Positions 26,581 through 39,590 of a stretch of 64,000 nt of DNA are shown here, piece by piece. Position 1 is the stretch's first letter; the number at the start of each line of letters is the position of its first letter. Source of the stretch: Eledone cirrhosa. Lineage: Eukaryota. The position numbers were made by a program, and so were the translations under genes. Location of the stretch: the NCBI GenBank assembly GCA_964016885.1, contig OZ024742.1, forward strand, positions 161,758,001-161,822,000, in the 5' to 3' direction. The notes beneath the pieces were generated by a model. That model ran no database searches. It was not told the DNA's origin and worked only from the letters and a program-made list of their open reading frames with translations.

Positions 26581-26653
26581 TGTTTTATCTGATGAAAACA
26601 CAAATATTATTGCATGATGATGTTTGTTTTTGAAATGCGCATAATAAAATACA
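26581..26653 (+). ncRNA. Type I hammerhead ribozyme in Naiad 5' pLTR
   Basis: uuuuau CUGAUGA [aaacacaaauauuau/augaugauguuuguuuu] u GAAA ugcgca UA auaaaa. Palindromic stem III, AUA triplet, predicted cut after 26643. Confidence 0.85.
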
Positions 26654-26855
26654 TGGAACTCCTTTAACCATCTTTTGATCTTATATTATGTATACTCCAG
26701 TCCTACAAACTGTAGAGTGCTTCTTATCCGATATCTGCATTGCTCTATTGTACTACAATAAAACTCACCTCCTACATTAACTTGCTCCTTAACGGTTGAG
26801 CGCTTACTCTCATATTGGATACCTTTTGATGGTCTTTTACCTCTTCTTCTACAAC

Positions 26856-29258
26856 ATGGATTATTACAACATAACCAATTCAACTAAAGACATTCCTATA
26901 GCTGGTAAATCTGAATTCACCAAACTTCTTATTGAAAAAACTGACTCCTTCGTAAGAAGACTTAGATGGACAGCCTATTTCTATGACCAGCGCCTAAAAG
27001 GGAACTTCCATACCAAAGAACATAACTTCCTCGATCATCTATTTAATTCTAGACGAAATCCTCCTTCCAACAAAAATCTAGTACAATTCGAGGAAGAATT
27101 AACTAAAATAATAAAAAATCTTAAATTCAAGAGATACCCTTACAAAGGACAAGAGCACCTTGTAAATCTCAAGAACACAATTTCTAACCTAAATTCCTCA
27201 AAAAATGTTTTAGTCCACTCTGACAAAACCAATAACTTATATGGTATTTCCAAGGATAATTATAACAACCTTATCCTAAAGGAACTTAGGAAAAAGTATC
27301 GTAAAACCAACCATGAAAATTTAGAATACATAAACCTTGAAGCCTCTGAGATTATGTCAAAACTTGGCATTGAAAAAAAGACCGAACCATTCCTCCCAAG
27401 AACTCCGAGGATAAATCTCAAGGATCACAAAAACAATTTTCGCACTGAACTACCTGTTAGATTAATCGCCCCCTCTAAATCTGATCTGGGGGTTGTTAGT
27501 AAAGCCATCTTGGATAGAATTATCCCACAGGTTAGTTCTAATTGCTCTTCTTTGAACCTAAATTTATGGTTTGGTACTTCTGAAGTGATTGGCTGGTTCA
27601 ACAAATTGGATAATAAAAACAAACTAAAATTTATTCAATTTGATATTGCCAGCTACTATTCCTCCATTTCGCCTTCACTTCTCAATAATGCTCTATCTTT
27701 CGCACTTAAATATTCTGACATCATCACAGATGAACTTCACATCATCCTCACCGCACGTAAAACCATCCTAGAGTTCAACAACGAATATTGGACCAGAGCC
27801 GATACCTCTACCAACTTCGACATCACAATGGGAGCATCCGATTCATCCCAATTGACTGATTTAATTGGTATCTTTATTTTGAACTCTTTGAGTCGGAAAA
27901 TTCCTCAACTTCGCGGTGGAATTTATCGTGACGATGGACTCTTTACTATCTTAAATTGCAATATAGTTAACCTTAATATTATTAAGAACAATATACGTAA
28001 TCTCTTTAACCAACATAACCTAAAAATTGAATTTGATAATAGTATCAAACTAGCTAATTTCTTGGATGTATCTCTTAATCTTGACACTGGCCTATATTAC
28101 CCTTACCATAAAAACAATGAGAACCTAAATTATGTTAACTTTAAATCTAACCATCCTACCAATATCAAGAATGCTATAGTTAGTAATATTGGAAATAGAA
28201 TATCTAACATATCTTCTAATAAAAACATCTTTGATGCTAACACCAATTACTATAATAACGCACTTTCTAAAACCGGCTATCCAGATAAAATCAAATATAG
28301 TAAAGAAACAAATTCTAGAAAACCTTACAGTAGAATAATTAATCATGATCATTCCAATAATTTTAATAAAAGACCTAGATACAAAAACATAATCTGGTAT
28401 AATGCTCCTTTCTCCATCTCTATTAATAACAATATTCCTAAATTATTTTTTAGTGCCTTAAATAAATGCTTCCCTCCCTCACATATCTATAGTAAAATAT
28501 TTAACAAACACACCATCAAATTTTCTTATTCTACATCCTCCAATATTTCCAACATCATCTCTAAACACAACAATAAAATACTAAATACTAAATCTCTTCC
28601 TTCCAATATTGAATTTCATAATAACAGTAATAGTACTCCCGACGTCATTGTAAACCCTAGGCTAACTTCTGTAAACCCAAATACAACGTCAAACACAACT
28701 TCGCTAAATGTTCATAATCCAACTCTAAATCAAGAAACTATTATTCCTATTATTCCTATCGCAAACAACTTCTCCAATCCAATTCCTTCTATAGATAACA
28801 CTAGGTCACTCATTAATAATCTCTCTAATTGCAACTGCCGCATTAAAAATAAATGTCCTCTCAACAACCATTGTCTTGATAAAAACTTAATTTATGAATG
28901 TAAAGTTATAACTAGCACCAATTCCTTCACCTATTTTGGCTCCACTTCCACCTCTTTTAAAGCTCGTCTCTATAATCACCATTCATCTTTCAAATACAAA
29001 CTTAAAAGAACCAACACGGCTCTCTCAGAACTCATATGGTCCTTGAAAGACAAAAACATTAAATATACCATCTTTTGGAAGAAGGTTTCTTCTGCATCCT
29101 CATACTTGAACAGCTCTCTATCTAAAATCTGTAATCTCTGCCTAAATGAAAAATTTACCATTATCTCTAATCTAGATTCTATAATAAATAGACGTACAGA
29201 TTTGTTTTCTATCTGCCTGCATAAATTCCATAGGACTTTTCACAAAGTATACAGTTAA
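26856..29258 (+). CDS. Intact PLE reverse transcriptase with C-terminal GIY-YIG endonuclease (Naiad-like)
   Basis: RRLRW, SDKT, QFDIASYYSSI, DITMG, IYRDDGL, NFLDV, SNHP, linker CNCR..CPL...C, LIYE..YFG..FKARLYNH, CNLCLNEK, C-x-H tail. The open frame starts at 26796; ATG at 26856 is my start choice. Confidence 0.93.
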   Translation: MDYYNITNSTKDIPIAGKSEFTKLLIEKTDSFVRRLRWTAYFYDQRLKGNFHTKEHNFLDHLFNSRRNPPSNKNLVQFEEELTKIIKNLKFKRYPYKGQEHLVNLKNTISNLNSSKNVLVHSDKTNNLYGISKDNYNNLILKELRKKYRKTNHENLEYINLEASEIMSKLGIEKKTEPFLPRTPRINLKDHKNNFRTELPVRLIAPSKSDLGVVSKAILDRIIPQVSSNCSSLNLNLWFGTSEVIGWFNKLDNKNKLKFIQFDIASYYSSISPSLLNNALSFALKYSDIITDELHIILTARKTILEFNNEYWTRADTSTNFDITMGASDSSQLTDLIGIFILNSLSRKIPQLRGGIYRDDGLFTILNCNIVNLNIIKNNIRNLFNQHNLKIEFDNSIKLANFLDVSLNLDTGLYYPYHKNNENLNYVNFKSNHPTNIKNAIVSNIGNRISNISSNKNIFDANTNYYNNALSKTGYPDKIKYSKETNSRKPYSRIINHDHSNNFNKRPRYKNIIWYNAPFSISINNNIPKLFFSALNKCFPPSHIYSKIFNKHTIKFSYSTSSNISNIISKHNNKILNTKSLPSNIEFHNNSNSTPDVIVNPRLTSVNPNTTSNTTSLNVHNPTLNQETIIPIIPIANNFSNPIPSIDNTRSLINNLSNCNCRIKNKCPLNNHCLDKNLIYECKVITSTNSFTYFGSTSTSFKARLYNHHSSFKYKLKRTNTALSELIWSLKDKNIKYTIFWKKVSSASSYLNSSLSKICNLCLNEKFTIISNLDSIINRRTDLFSICLHKFHRTFHKVYS

Positions 29259-30291
29259 TATTCAATTCTTTATCAATTTAGAATCTTTTCTCAAAGGCAC
29301 ATATACATACACCTCTTTAAAATATACCCATCTTCCTACCTTACTTCAAAGGGCATTATACACTCTATAATACTTGTTTACTCATTACCCTCTTTCTATC
29401 TTCACCTTGTAAAATCCTTCATAACATATACATTTGTTTTTTTGACGTTAGAATATTCATCCGCAATTATTATTATTTTTTCTCTCTATCATAAAACTTT
29501 TTAATCTCAATTTCATCCTTAATTTATTATTTTTTTCTCCCCATCAACGAACTCATTCTTAATACATATTAACTCTTTCTTCGCACATATTATCAATTCC
29601 TTCAATATACAAACTTTAACTTCACATTATTTTTCTCAAATCCTTCTACACACAAACCTTAATAATTTTTTCTCTTCGTTAATTTTGAAATTGCCACAAT
29701 ACTTATCAACATACACCTTTTTGACGTTAGAATATTCATCCACAATTATTATTTTTTTCTCTCTATCTTCATACATAAACTCCCTCTCTTTCCTCGCAAA
29801 TATTTTTCCCTTCGTTAATTTTCAAATTCTTTTAATTTATACATTATCTTCCAACGGTTCTCAACCTCTCTATATAAAACAATATATCTTTTCTCAGTTA
29901 TAAAAACTATCTCTTTCTCTCTATCACCCATCTCTCCCTCTCCACCTTCACTCTCATCTCCTCCCCCTTTTTTCATCCTTTCCACCCCCCCTCCCTAAAT
30001 AAAATATTTTTTCCTCGTACATATCTTTCCCTTCATTAATTTTCAAATTCTTTTAATTTATACATTATCTTCCAACGGTTTTCAACCTCTCTATGTAAAA
30101 CAATATATCTTCTCTCAGTTATAAAAACTATCTCTTTCTCTCTATCACTCATCTCCTCCCCTTTTTCATCCCCCCCTCTCTAAATAAAATATTTTTCCCA
30201 ATATCACACATCAATCTAAAACCACTTTTCATATGTTGATTTAAAACTGCACTATCCACAAGTGTTTTTTAGCCTTCATATCATGTTCTCC

Positions 30292-30364
30292 TGTTTTATC
30301 TGATGAAAACACAAATATTATTGCATGATGATGTTTGTTTTTGAAATGCGCATAATAAAATACA
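30292..30364 (+). ncRNA. Type I hammerhead ribozyme in Naiad 3' pLTR
   Basis: Same as 26581-26653; predicted cut after 30354. Further copies at 24091-24163 (minus), 59895-59965 (minus, stem III mutated to ugcaca) and 63954-64000 (cut by the window). Confidence 0.85.
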
Positions 30365-30481
30365 TGGAACTCCTTTAAACATCTTTTGATCTTATATTAT
30401 GTATACTCCAGTCCTACAAACTGTAGAGTGCTTCTTATCCGATATCTGCATTGCTTTATCGTACTACAATAAAACTCACCT

Positions 30482-30515
<34 letters not shown>

Positions 30516-30516
30516 G

Positions 30517-30598
<82 letters not shown>

Positions 30599-30660
30599 AA
30601 TATATATATATTATGTATGTATATATATATATATATATATATAAATATATATATATTATG

Positions 30661-30730
<70 letters not shown>

Positions 30731-30766
30731 TATATATATTATGTATGTATATATATATATATATAT

Positions 30767-30800
<34 letters not shown>

Positions 30801-30832
30801 AATATATATATATTATGTATGTATATATATAT

Positions 30833-33800
30833 ATCATCATCATCAACGTTTAACGTCCGTGTTCCACGCTTGCATGGGTTTGGACGGGGGTAGTCCCACT
30901 TGAGGCAAGAGTGATTGTCTTGCTCGCATAGGACTGTCTGGCAGGTTTTCTACAGTTGGATGCCCTTCCTAACACCAACCACATTTACAGTGTGGGTCTG
31001 GGAGGTTTTTACCGTGTTGCCTACACGGCCACATTACAGCGTGGACTGTGTGTTTTTTTGTCGTGACACCTACACGATCTCATTTGTTTCGGCCTCGATG
31101 GCGCGGCACCAACATAACTTTACATAGAACGGGGTGGTGTGGATCGGGTGGGGCTGGTGGTGGTGGGACGGGGTGTATTTTGTTAGAGATGCCTACTGGC
31201 TGGAGTAGGTTTTACTATATATTTAGGTAAGGCGGGTCTTCTCTGTTACTGAGTACCGCCAAAGGTCTCGGTCCAGTGACATTGTCTTGGAGAGGTGTAA
31301 GTGTGTGATGTCGGAGTTTATCAGCTCGTCCCAGGTTTTTCTAGGTCTGCCTATTCCGTGACTACCGTCTATCTTTATTGCCCTGCACTTTGTTATACAG
31401 CTATCGACTTTCATGCGCATCACGTGTCCATACCAACGTAGCCTTCTCTCGAGTAAACAACATCTGATCCCTCTTATCTCTAATTTTTTCCTTAGTTCGT
31501 TTATGCTTTGCCGTTCACGTATATTGCTGTTACACATCCAGCGGAGCATGCAAGCTTCGTTCCTCTCTAGTCTGCGTATATCCTCTGCACACAATGCCCA
31601 GGTCTCACTGCCATGCAGCATTGCTGTTCGTATGCAGGCATCGTACAACCTGCCTTTCATTTTTAGTGAGAACCCTTTAGCAGCTAATAGTGGTATAAGC
31701 TCTCTGAACTTTTTCCAACCAGTTCTGACTCTAGCTACAGTACTTTCAGAGCACCCTCCCCCGCTGCTGATTTTATCGCCCAGGTAACGGAAGCTGTCCA
31801 CTATTTCTATAGAAAGCTCTGCGCAATTGAAAGAGCTAGTAGTTTGTGGGCACTTGCTGCTACTTATTGCACCAGAGCACCGGCCACATGTAAAATCTAT
31901 GTTCTTAGTTAGCTTAGCTGTGATCCCACTACACCTTTTATGCACCCATACTTTGCATTTAGGACATAAAATGGAGTTTCTACCTACGCCTTTCCTACAC
32001 ACCGAGCACGACCATTTCCCAGAAGGGACCGCCGCCTTGTTTTCTTTCCTACAAACTAGTACTTTGGTCTTAGCCAGGTTAATTTTAAGTCCTTTTGACT
32101 CTAGGCCGTGCTTCCATGTTTGGAATTTCTTCTCTAGCTCGGCCATTGATTCCGCTATGAGTGTCAGGTCGTCTGCGTATAGGAGTTCCCATGGGCAGCC
32201 TGTCTTGAACTCCTCTGTTATAGCCTGAAGGGCAATAATAAATAGTAGTGGACTGAGAACAGAGCCCTGATGGACGCCAACTTTTACGCTAAACTCTTCA
32301 CTATATTCGTTGTTAATTCTAACCTTGCTGACTGTTTCTTTATACATGGCTTGTATAGCCCTCACAAGCCATTCGTCAACGCCTAGTTTTCTAAGAGCCC
32401 ACCAGATAATGGAGCGGGGGACTCTGTCGAAGGCTTTCTCCAAGTCGACAAAAGCTAAGTAGAGGGGTTTACCTTTAGCTAGGTACTTCTCCTGTAGTTG
32501 TCGTACTATGAAAAGAGCGTCTGTGGTACTTTTGCCTGACACAAACCCGAACTGCATTTCATCTAGGTCAATTCTCTCTCTGATTAGTTGCGCTATTACT
32601 TTTTCCGTGACCTTCATGACCTGGTCGATTAATTTAATGCCTCTATAGTTACTCCTATCTAGGGCGTCTCCTTTACCCTTATAACAGTTAACGATGATGC
32701 TGCTATGCCAGTCCTTCGGAACAACCCCATTCTGTACGACTTGGTTAACTATGCGGGTGACCATGGTGTGTCCCACCGTGCCAGATGCCTTCAGCATCTC
32801 AGCAACTATTTCCGAAGGCCCAGCCGCCTTACCAGTCTTCATATCCTTGATTGCCTTACTTATTATACTCCCCTCGACTAACACTGCTGGTCCCTCTATT
32901 GGGTCGATATGGGGGAGACTGCCTTTCTCCCAATTATTCTCCTCATTTAGTAGCCGTTCATAGTGACACTTCCAAGCTACCTTCTTATCAGCGTCGGTGA
33001 TGGCAAGTGTGCCATCGTCGTTTAGTACACACTTCTCCCCGACAATATCACGGTTTTCCTTGACGCATTGCCTAGCAATCCTGAACACCTCACGTTTTTG
33101 GTCATCGCGTTGTAGAACATGCTTGAACTTTCTTTCCTCAGCTTCCCTTCTTGCTAAGTACACTTGTCTCCTAGCTTCCCTCCTGGCCACTTGATAGTCC
33201 TCTCTACTTCCCCCATCCCGCCATACTTTCCAAGCCTGCTTTTTGGCCTTAATTGACCCCTCCACCTTACTGTTCCACCACCATGTTACTCTCCTCCTGC
33301 CTACAGGCCTGCTCCAGCCACAGACCTCGTCTGTCGCCAACAGCAGGTTTGCTTTCAGAAATTCCCACTCTCCCTCTATATTGTCCGACTCTAAATGTTC
33401 TTCCTTACTGTCGAAAGCATCAAGTAATATGCTTTGAAATTTATTCCTGGCTGTGGGGTCCTTTAGCTTCCATATTTTCCTCCTGAGGATAGTCCTCTTC
33501 TGTTGTCGAGTACGTCTCGTCCTGACTATGAGGTCGCTAATTATCAGTCTATGTTGGGAGGTGCATTCTTCATGGGGGAGGGATTTAGTGTTAACAACAG
33601 ACACTCTGTCACGTCTTCTGGTAAGGATATAATCTACCTGGCTTGTGTGTTCCCCGGATCTATAGGTGATCAGGTGATTGTCACGTTTTTTGAAGTTAGT
33701 GTTACAGATAGTTAGGTTATTTGCATCACAGAATTCCAGGATTCTGGCGCCTTCCTCATTTCTAGTACCAAACCCATAGCCTCCATGGATTTCGTCGTAG

Positions 33801-34180
33801 CCGTCACAATGTTGTCCAACGTGACCATTTAGGTCGCCTGCGATAATTATATAGTCACTGTCGGATATTTGGGAGGTAGTTAGCATCAGTGTCTCATAGA
33901 ATCTGTCTTTTATAGTGCCGGGCAGTCCGGATTGGGGTGCGTACGCAGATATTACTGTCACCGTAGTTCTATTGAGGACAAGTCTTATTTTAATTATTCT
34001 GTCGTTCACTCTATTTACGTCTATTATCTTATCTGCCCACTTTTCTGCTACCATGATTCCTACTCCACCCAGCCCATCGTCGTTTCCCACCCAGAAAAGC
34101 TTATAACATCGTTTTTTACCCTCAATGAACCTAGCAGACCCACCCCTCCACCTGGTCTCTTGAATACAACAAACATCGAT
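30833..34180 (-). mobile_element. Young, nearly full-length RTE LINE lineage A with (GAT)n tail
   Basis: Uninterrupted frame from [11 protein letters not shown] (34180) to the stop at 31223; ~390-bp 3'UTR; 5' end truncated inside the APE domain. Confidence 0.95.
31223..34180 (-). CDS. RTE-A polyprotein: APE endonuclease + RT with embedded PHD finger (N-terminus missing)
   Basis: [26 protein letters not shown]; [36 protein letters not shown]4HC3, FRYLG, GRPRKTW. Confidence 0.93.
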   Translation of the reverse strand: MDVCCIQETRWRGGSARFIEGKKRCYKLFWVGNDDGLGGVGIMVAEKWADKIIDVNRVNDRIIKIRLVLNRTTVTVISAYAPQSGLPGTIKDRFYETLMLTTSQISDSDYIIIAGDLNGHVGQHCDGYDEIHGGYGFGTRNEEGARILEFCDANNLTICNTNFKKRDNHLITYRSGEHTSQVDYILTRRRDRVSVVNTKSLPHEECTSQHRLIISDLIVRTRRTRQQKRTILRRKIWKLKDPTARNKFQSILLDAFDSKEEHLESDNIEGEWEFLKANLLLATDEVCGWSRPVGRRRVTWWWNSKVEGSIKAKKQAWKVWRDGGSREDYQVARREARRQVYLARREAEERKFKHVLQRDDQKREVFRIARQCVKENRDIVGEKCVLNDDGTLAITDADKKVAWKCHYERLLNEENNWEKGSLPHIDPIEGPAVLVEGSIISKAIKDMKTGKAAGPSEIVAEMLKASGTVGHTMVTRIVNQVVQNGVVPKDWHSSIIVNCYKGKGDALDRSNYRGIKLIDQVMKVTEKVIAQLIRERIDLDEMQFGFVSGKSTTDALFIVRQLQEKYLAKGKPLYLAFVDLEKAFDRVPRSIIWWALRKLGVDEWLVRAIQAMYKETVSKVRINNEYSEEFSVKVGVHQGSVLSPLLFIIALQAITEEFKTGCPWELLYADDLTLIAESMAELEKKFQTWKHGLESKGLKINLAKTKVLVCRKENKAAVPSGKWSCSVCRKGVGRNSILCPKCKVWVHKRCSGITAKLTKNIDFTCGRCSGAISSSKCPQTTSSFNCAELSIEIVDSFRYLGDKISSGGGCSESTVARVRTGWKKFRELIPLLAAKGFSLKMKGRLYDACIRTAMLHGSETWALCAEDIRRLERNEACMLRWMCNSNIRERQSINELRKKLEIRGIRCCLLERRLRWYGHVMRMKVDSCITKCRAIKIDGSHGIGRPRKTWDELINSDITHLHLSKTMSLDRDLWRYSVTEKTRLT

Positions 34181-34188
34181 ATATATAT

Positions 34189-34224
<36 letters not shown>

Positions 34225-34241
34225 AATATATATATATTATG

Positions 34242-34319
<78 letters not shown>

Positions 34320-34413
34320 AATATATATATATTATGTATGTATATATATATTATATATATATATATACATATATATATATAAATATATATATATTATGTA
34401 TGTATATATATAT

Positions 34414-34445
<32 letters not shown>

Positions 34446-34513
34446 AATATATATATATTATGTATGTATATATATATATATATATATATATAAATATATA
34501 TATATTATGTATG

Positions 34514-34553
<40 letters not shown>

Positions 34554-34740
34554 TATATATTATGTATGTATATATATATATATTATATATATATATATAT
34601 AAATATATATATATTATGTATATATATATATATGTATTATATATATATATATTATATATATATATAAATATATATATATATTATGTATATATATATATAT
34701 GTATTATATATATATATATTATATATATATTATATATATA

Positions 34741-35443
34741 TCTATCTATCTAAGGCAGGTAAAATTCCCGAGATCCATGGACAAGTTCTCTCCAGCGGTA
34801 TCTGTCCCTCATTATCGCTGCCATGTCCTGCATCTCCAACAGACCAGTGTCTGTCCTTAGGGCATCGACATACGTTAACCTTGGTCTTCCTCTTCTAGTG
34901 TGTCCATGTAGGGGCTCCCAAAGGAGCACTGAGTGCAATGTCAACTCTGGATGTCGGTGAGCATGTCCAGCTAACCTCAGTCTCCTCTGTGTCACTTTTG
35001 AGCGACTTTTGGGAGGCTCCCATACAGCTCTGAGATTTTCATCCTCAGTGTATACTGATTAATGTTCAGAGCCATCCTCAGCATTCTCGTGTAGCACCCA
35101 TCCACCATCTAAGTGAGTTTCTTGGTCAGTGTCCAAGTCGCAGACCCATACAGCAGTACAGACTCCACTACAGCAATGAAGAGCTGATGGAATCCCCGGG
35201 AGGATAGTGGACCTGATATCACTGCTCTACACCAACACCAAAGCCCAAATCATTACACATGATGGGATGACAGAGTTCTTTGAGATACTGGCTGGAGTGC
35301 TCCAGGGAGATACATTGGCTCCCTACCTTTTTATCATCGTAGAGGACTATTGTATGTGCCTTGCACTGGAGAAGCACCAGGACTCTGGCTTTACTGTAGC
35401 ACCGGCTCAGAGCAGGAGAGTTAGGGCGAAAAAGGTATCGGAT
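34741..35443 (-). mobile_element. RTE-like LINE lineage D with 5' inversion (3' part 34741-35183 minus; upstream part ~35187-35443 plus)
   Basis: RRLRLAGH...RGRPRLTY...REFYLP* with a tagatagata tail. The inverted part encodes GVLQGDTLAPYLF. Confidence 0.88.
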
Positions 35444-35544
35444 TATATATATATTATATATATATATATATTATATATATTATAAATATATATATATTAT
35501 ATATATTATATATATATATATATTATATATATATATTTATATAT

Positions 35545-35575
<31 letters not shown>

Positions 35576-35961
35576 ATATATATGTATTATATATATATTA
35601 TATATATTATATATATTATATATATATATTATATATATATATTATATATTATATATATATAATATATTATATATATATATTATATATCACATATATATAT
35701 TATATATTATATATATATATATAATATATTATATATATATATTATATATTATATATATATATTATATATTATATATATATATTATATATTATATATATAT
35801 TATATATGTTATATATATATATATATTATATATATATATATTATATATATATATATTATATATATATATATTATATATTAAATAAATATATATATTATAT
35901 ATATATATTATATATATATATATATATTTTATATATATATATATATTTTATATATATATAT

Positions 35962-36039
<78 letters not shown>

Positions 36040-36060
36040 ATTATATATATATATATATTA

Positions 36061-36250
36061 GGGCGGTGGATTGGCAGTATCGGTAGAGGGTCGGGCGGCA
36101 TGCTTTGAAGCATATAGTTACCTCCCTTTATGATCTGAGTTCAAATCCCGCCGAGGTTAACTTTACCTTTCATCCTTACGGGGTCGATAAAATAAAGTAC
36201 CAGTAATGCACTGGGATAATTGCTGGCCTGGTGCCAAAAGTAGAAACAAT
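36061..36250 (+). mobile_element. Full-length SINE family 1
   Basis: gggcggtggattggcagtatcgg ... gagttcaaatcccg ... agtagaaacaatt. Confidence 0.92.
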
Positions 36251-36282
<32 letters not shown>

Positions 36283-36877
36283 ATATATTACATATATATA
36301 TATTATATATTATATATATATATATATTATATATGTTATATATATATATATATTATATATGTTATATATATATATATATTATATATGTTATATATATATA
36401 TAATATATATATATATATTATATATATATATATTATATATATATATATTATATATATATATATTATATATATTATATATATATTATATATTATATATATA
36501 TATATATATTATATATGTTATATATATATATTATATATATATAAATTATATATTATATATGTTATATATATATTATATATATATTATATATATTATATAT
36601 ATATATTATATATTTATATATTATATATATATTATATATATATATATTATATATATTATATATTTATATATTATATATATATATATTATATATTTATATA
36701 TTATGTATATTATATATATATTATATATTTATATATTATATATATATTATATATATTATATATTTATATATTATATATATATTATATATATATTATATAT
36801 TTATATATTATATATATATTATATATATTATATATATATTATATATTTATATATTATATATATATATTATATATATT

Positions 36878-36909
<32 letters not shown>

Positions 36910-37372
36910 TTTACGTCCGCTTTTCCCTGCTTGCAAGGGTGGGACGGGTCTTATTCAGCACAGTATCTCTCCACTCGTCACGGTCCCTCGTCATCTCCAC
37001 CGTGAGCTTCAATGATCTGAGGTCTGTTCTCACCACCTCCGCCCATGTTTTTCGTGGTCTACCTCTATCACGTCTTCCTTCAACTGGCATTTCCTGGCAC
37101 TTCTTCACCCATCGGTCATCCTCCATGCGCATCACATGTCCATACCACCTCAGTCTCCTCTCCCGTACACTACATTCCATCCCTCTCAGACACAGTCTCT
37201 CTCTCAACACATTTATGCTGGGTCGTTCACACACATTTACACTGCACATCCAACGGAGCATGCTTGCCTCATTTCTCTCCAGCCATCGCATATCCTCTGC
37301 AGTTGCTGCCCATGTCTCACTACTATGCAGCCTTGCGCTCCTCACACAGGCATCATACAACCAGCCTTTCGT
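36878..37372 (-). mobile_element. RTE lineage C 3' fragment with (GAT)n tail
   Basis: Matches ~51640-52117. Confidence 0.92.
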
Positions 37373-37680
37373 ATTATATATATATTATATATTTATATAT
37401 TATATATATATATATTATATATATTATACATATATTATATATTTATATATTATATATATATATATATATTATATATATATATATTATATATTTATATATT
37501 ATATATTTATATATTATATATATATTATATATATATATATTATATATATATATATATATATATTATATATTATATATATTATATATATATATATATATAT
37601 AATATATATATATTTATATTATATATATATATATATATAATATATATATATTATATATTTATATATTATATATTTATATA

Positions 37681-37857
37681 TTGGCAGTATCGGTAGAGGG
37701 TCGGACGCCATGCTTTCCAGCATAGTTACGTCTCTTTACGGTCTGAGTTCAAATCCCACCGAGGTTGACTTTGCCCTTCATCCTTACGGAGTCGATAAAA
37801 TAAAGTACCAGTAATGTACTGAGTAATTGCTGGCCTTGTGCCTAAAGTAGAAACAAT
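37681..37857 (+). mobile_element. SINE family 1
   Basis: Family consensus, slightly 5'-truncated. Confidence 0.92.
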
Positions 37858-37874
37858 TATATATATATATATAT

Positions 37875-37929
<55 letters not shown>

Positions 37930-37969
37930 TATATATATATATTATATATATATATATATTATATATATT

Positions 37970-39435
37970 ATGAATGGCTTGTGAAAGCGGTACAAGCCAT
38001 GTATAGGGGAGCAGTCAGCAAAGTTAGGATTGGCAATGAGTATAGCGAGGAATTTAGCGTACAGGTTGGGGTCCACCAGGGCTCTGTTCTTAGCCCTCTC
38101 CTGTTCATCATAGTCCTGCAGGCAATAACGGAGGAGTTTAAGACCGGATGCCCATGGGAACTCCTGTATGCTGATGACCTCGCACTCATAGCTGAATTTA
38201 TGGTAGAACTAGAGAATAAATTCCAAACCTGGAAGCAGGGACTAGAGAGAAAGGGCCTCAAAGTCAACATGACAAAGACTAAGGTCCTTATAAGTAGACG
38301 AGAAAACAGAACCCAGATCCCCTCAGGGAAATGGCCTTGCTCAGTATGTAGGAAAGGTGTAGGTAGGAACTCCATTCTCTGCCCCAAATGCAAACAATGG
38401 GTACACAAGAGATGTAGCGGGATCTCAGGAAGCTTAATTAAGAATGTAGGATTCACATGCAGCAGCTGTGCTGAAACAGCAAGCAAACAGCCACAGGAAA
38501 CAATTACCACCAATCTCTGGGAGGGCCCTGTAGAAACAGTAGACAGCTTCTGCTACCTAGGTGACCGAATTAGCAACGGAGGTGGGTGCTCAGAAAGTAC
38601 AATAACTAGGGTAAGAACGGGATGGAAGAAGTTTAGGGAACTACTACCACTGCTAGCTGCAAAAGGCTTCTCCCTCAGAATGAAAGGCAGACTGTATGAT
38701 GCGTGTATCCGAACAGCGATGTTGCATGGTAGTGAGACCTGGGCGCTGAAGGTGGAAGACCTACGTAGATTAGAGAGAAACGAAGCCTGCATGCTCCGAT
38801 GGATGTGTAACAGTAATATACGTGAACGACAAAGCATAAATGAATTGAGAGAGAGACTGAGCATAAGAGGAATCAAATGCTGCGTGCAGGAGAGGCGGTT
38901 ACGCTGGTATGGACATGTGATGCGTATGAAGGATGACAGCTGCATAAAAAGGTGCAGAGCACTAGAAGTTGATGGAAACCGCGGAGTGGGGAGACCCAAG
39001 ATGACTTGGGATGAGGTGATAAAAGCCGACCTTACCCAACTACACCTCTCAAAGTCAATGACACACGACCGTGACTTCTGGCGTCACGCAGTAATACAGG
39101 GTACCCAACCTCCCATGGGTACATGCTGAAGCATATAAACAATATGCCCCCCCCCCCCACCGCAAGGTGGTCGTGGAGGTGCCACGGCAAAAAAGCACCC
39201 AGCCCACACTGTAAAGTGGACGTGTAGGCGCCACGAAAAAGCACCCAGCACTCACTGTAAATGAGGTTGGTGTTAGGAAGGGCATCCAGCTGTAGAAATC
39301 AAGCCAGATCAGTTCCTGTATGAGCAAGGCATGGTCAGCCGACCAGACACTGCCCACAACAGGACAACCCGTCTAACCCATGCTAGCGTGGAAGAACGGA
39401 CGTAAAACGGTGATGATGATGATGATGATGATGAT
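37970..39435 (+). mobile_element. 5'-truncated RTE lineage B
   Basis: Near-identical to 42853-44323; open frame to 39129; (GAT)n tail. Confidence 0.94.
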
Positions 39436-39550
39436 TATATATATATATATATTATATATATTATATATATTATATATATATATATATTATATATATTATA
39501 TATATTATATATATTATATATATTATATATATATATATATATATATGTTA

Positions 39551-39590
<40 letters not shown>

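Larger units (their letters stand above)
24055..30485 (+). mobile_element. Naiad-type Penelope-like element: inverted partial copy (24055-26442), 5' pLTR (26499-26774), ORF, 3'UTR, 3' pLTR (30210-30485)
   Basis: Direct terminal repeats 3711 bp apart, an upstream inverted copy, hammerheads in the pLTRs, and (AT)n flanks. Confidence 0.93.

Noticed and set aside
28830-29258. Selenocysteine-type Naiad
   Set aside because: No in-frame TGA; all finger residues are ordinary Cys codons.
36061-36150. tRNA genes at SINE heads
   Set aside because: A/B boxes are present but there is no intact cloverleaf, and they are always attached to SINE bodies.
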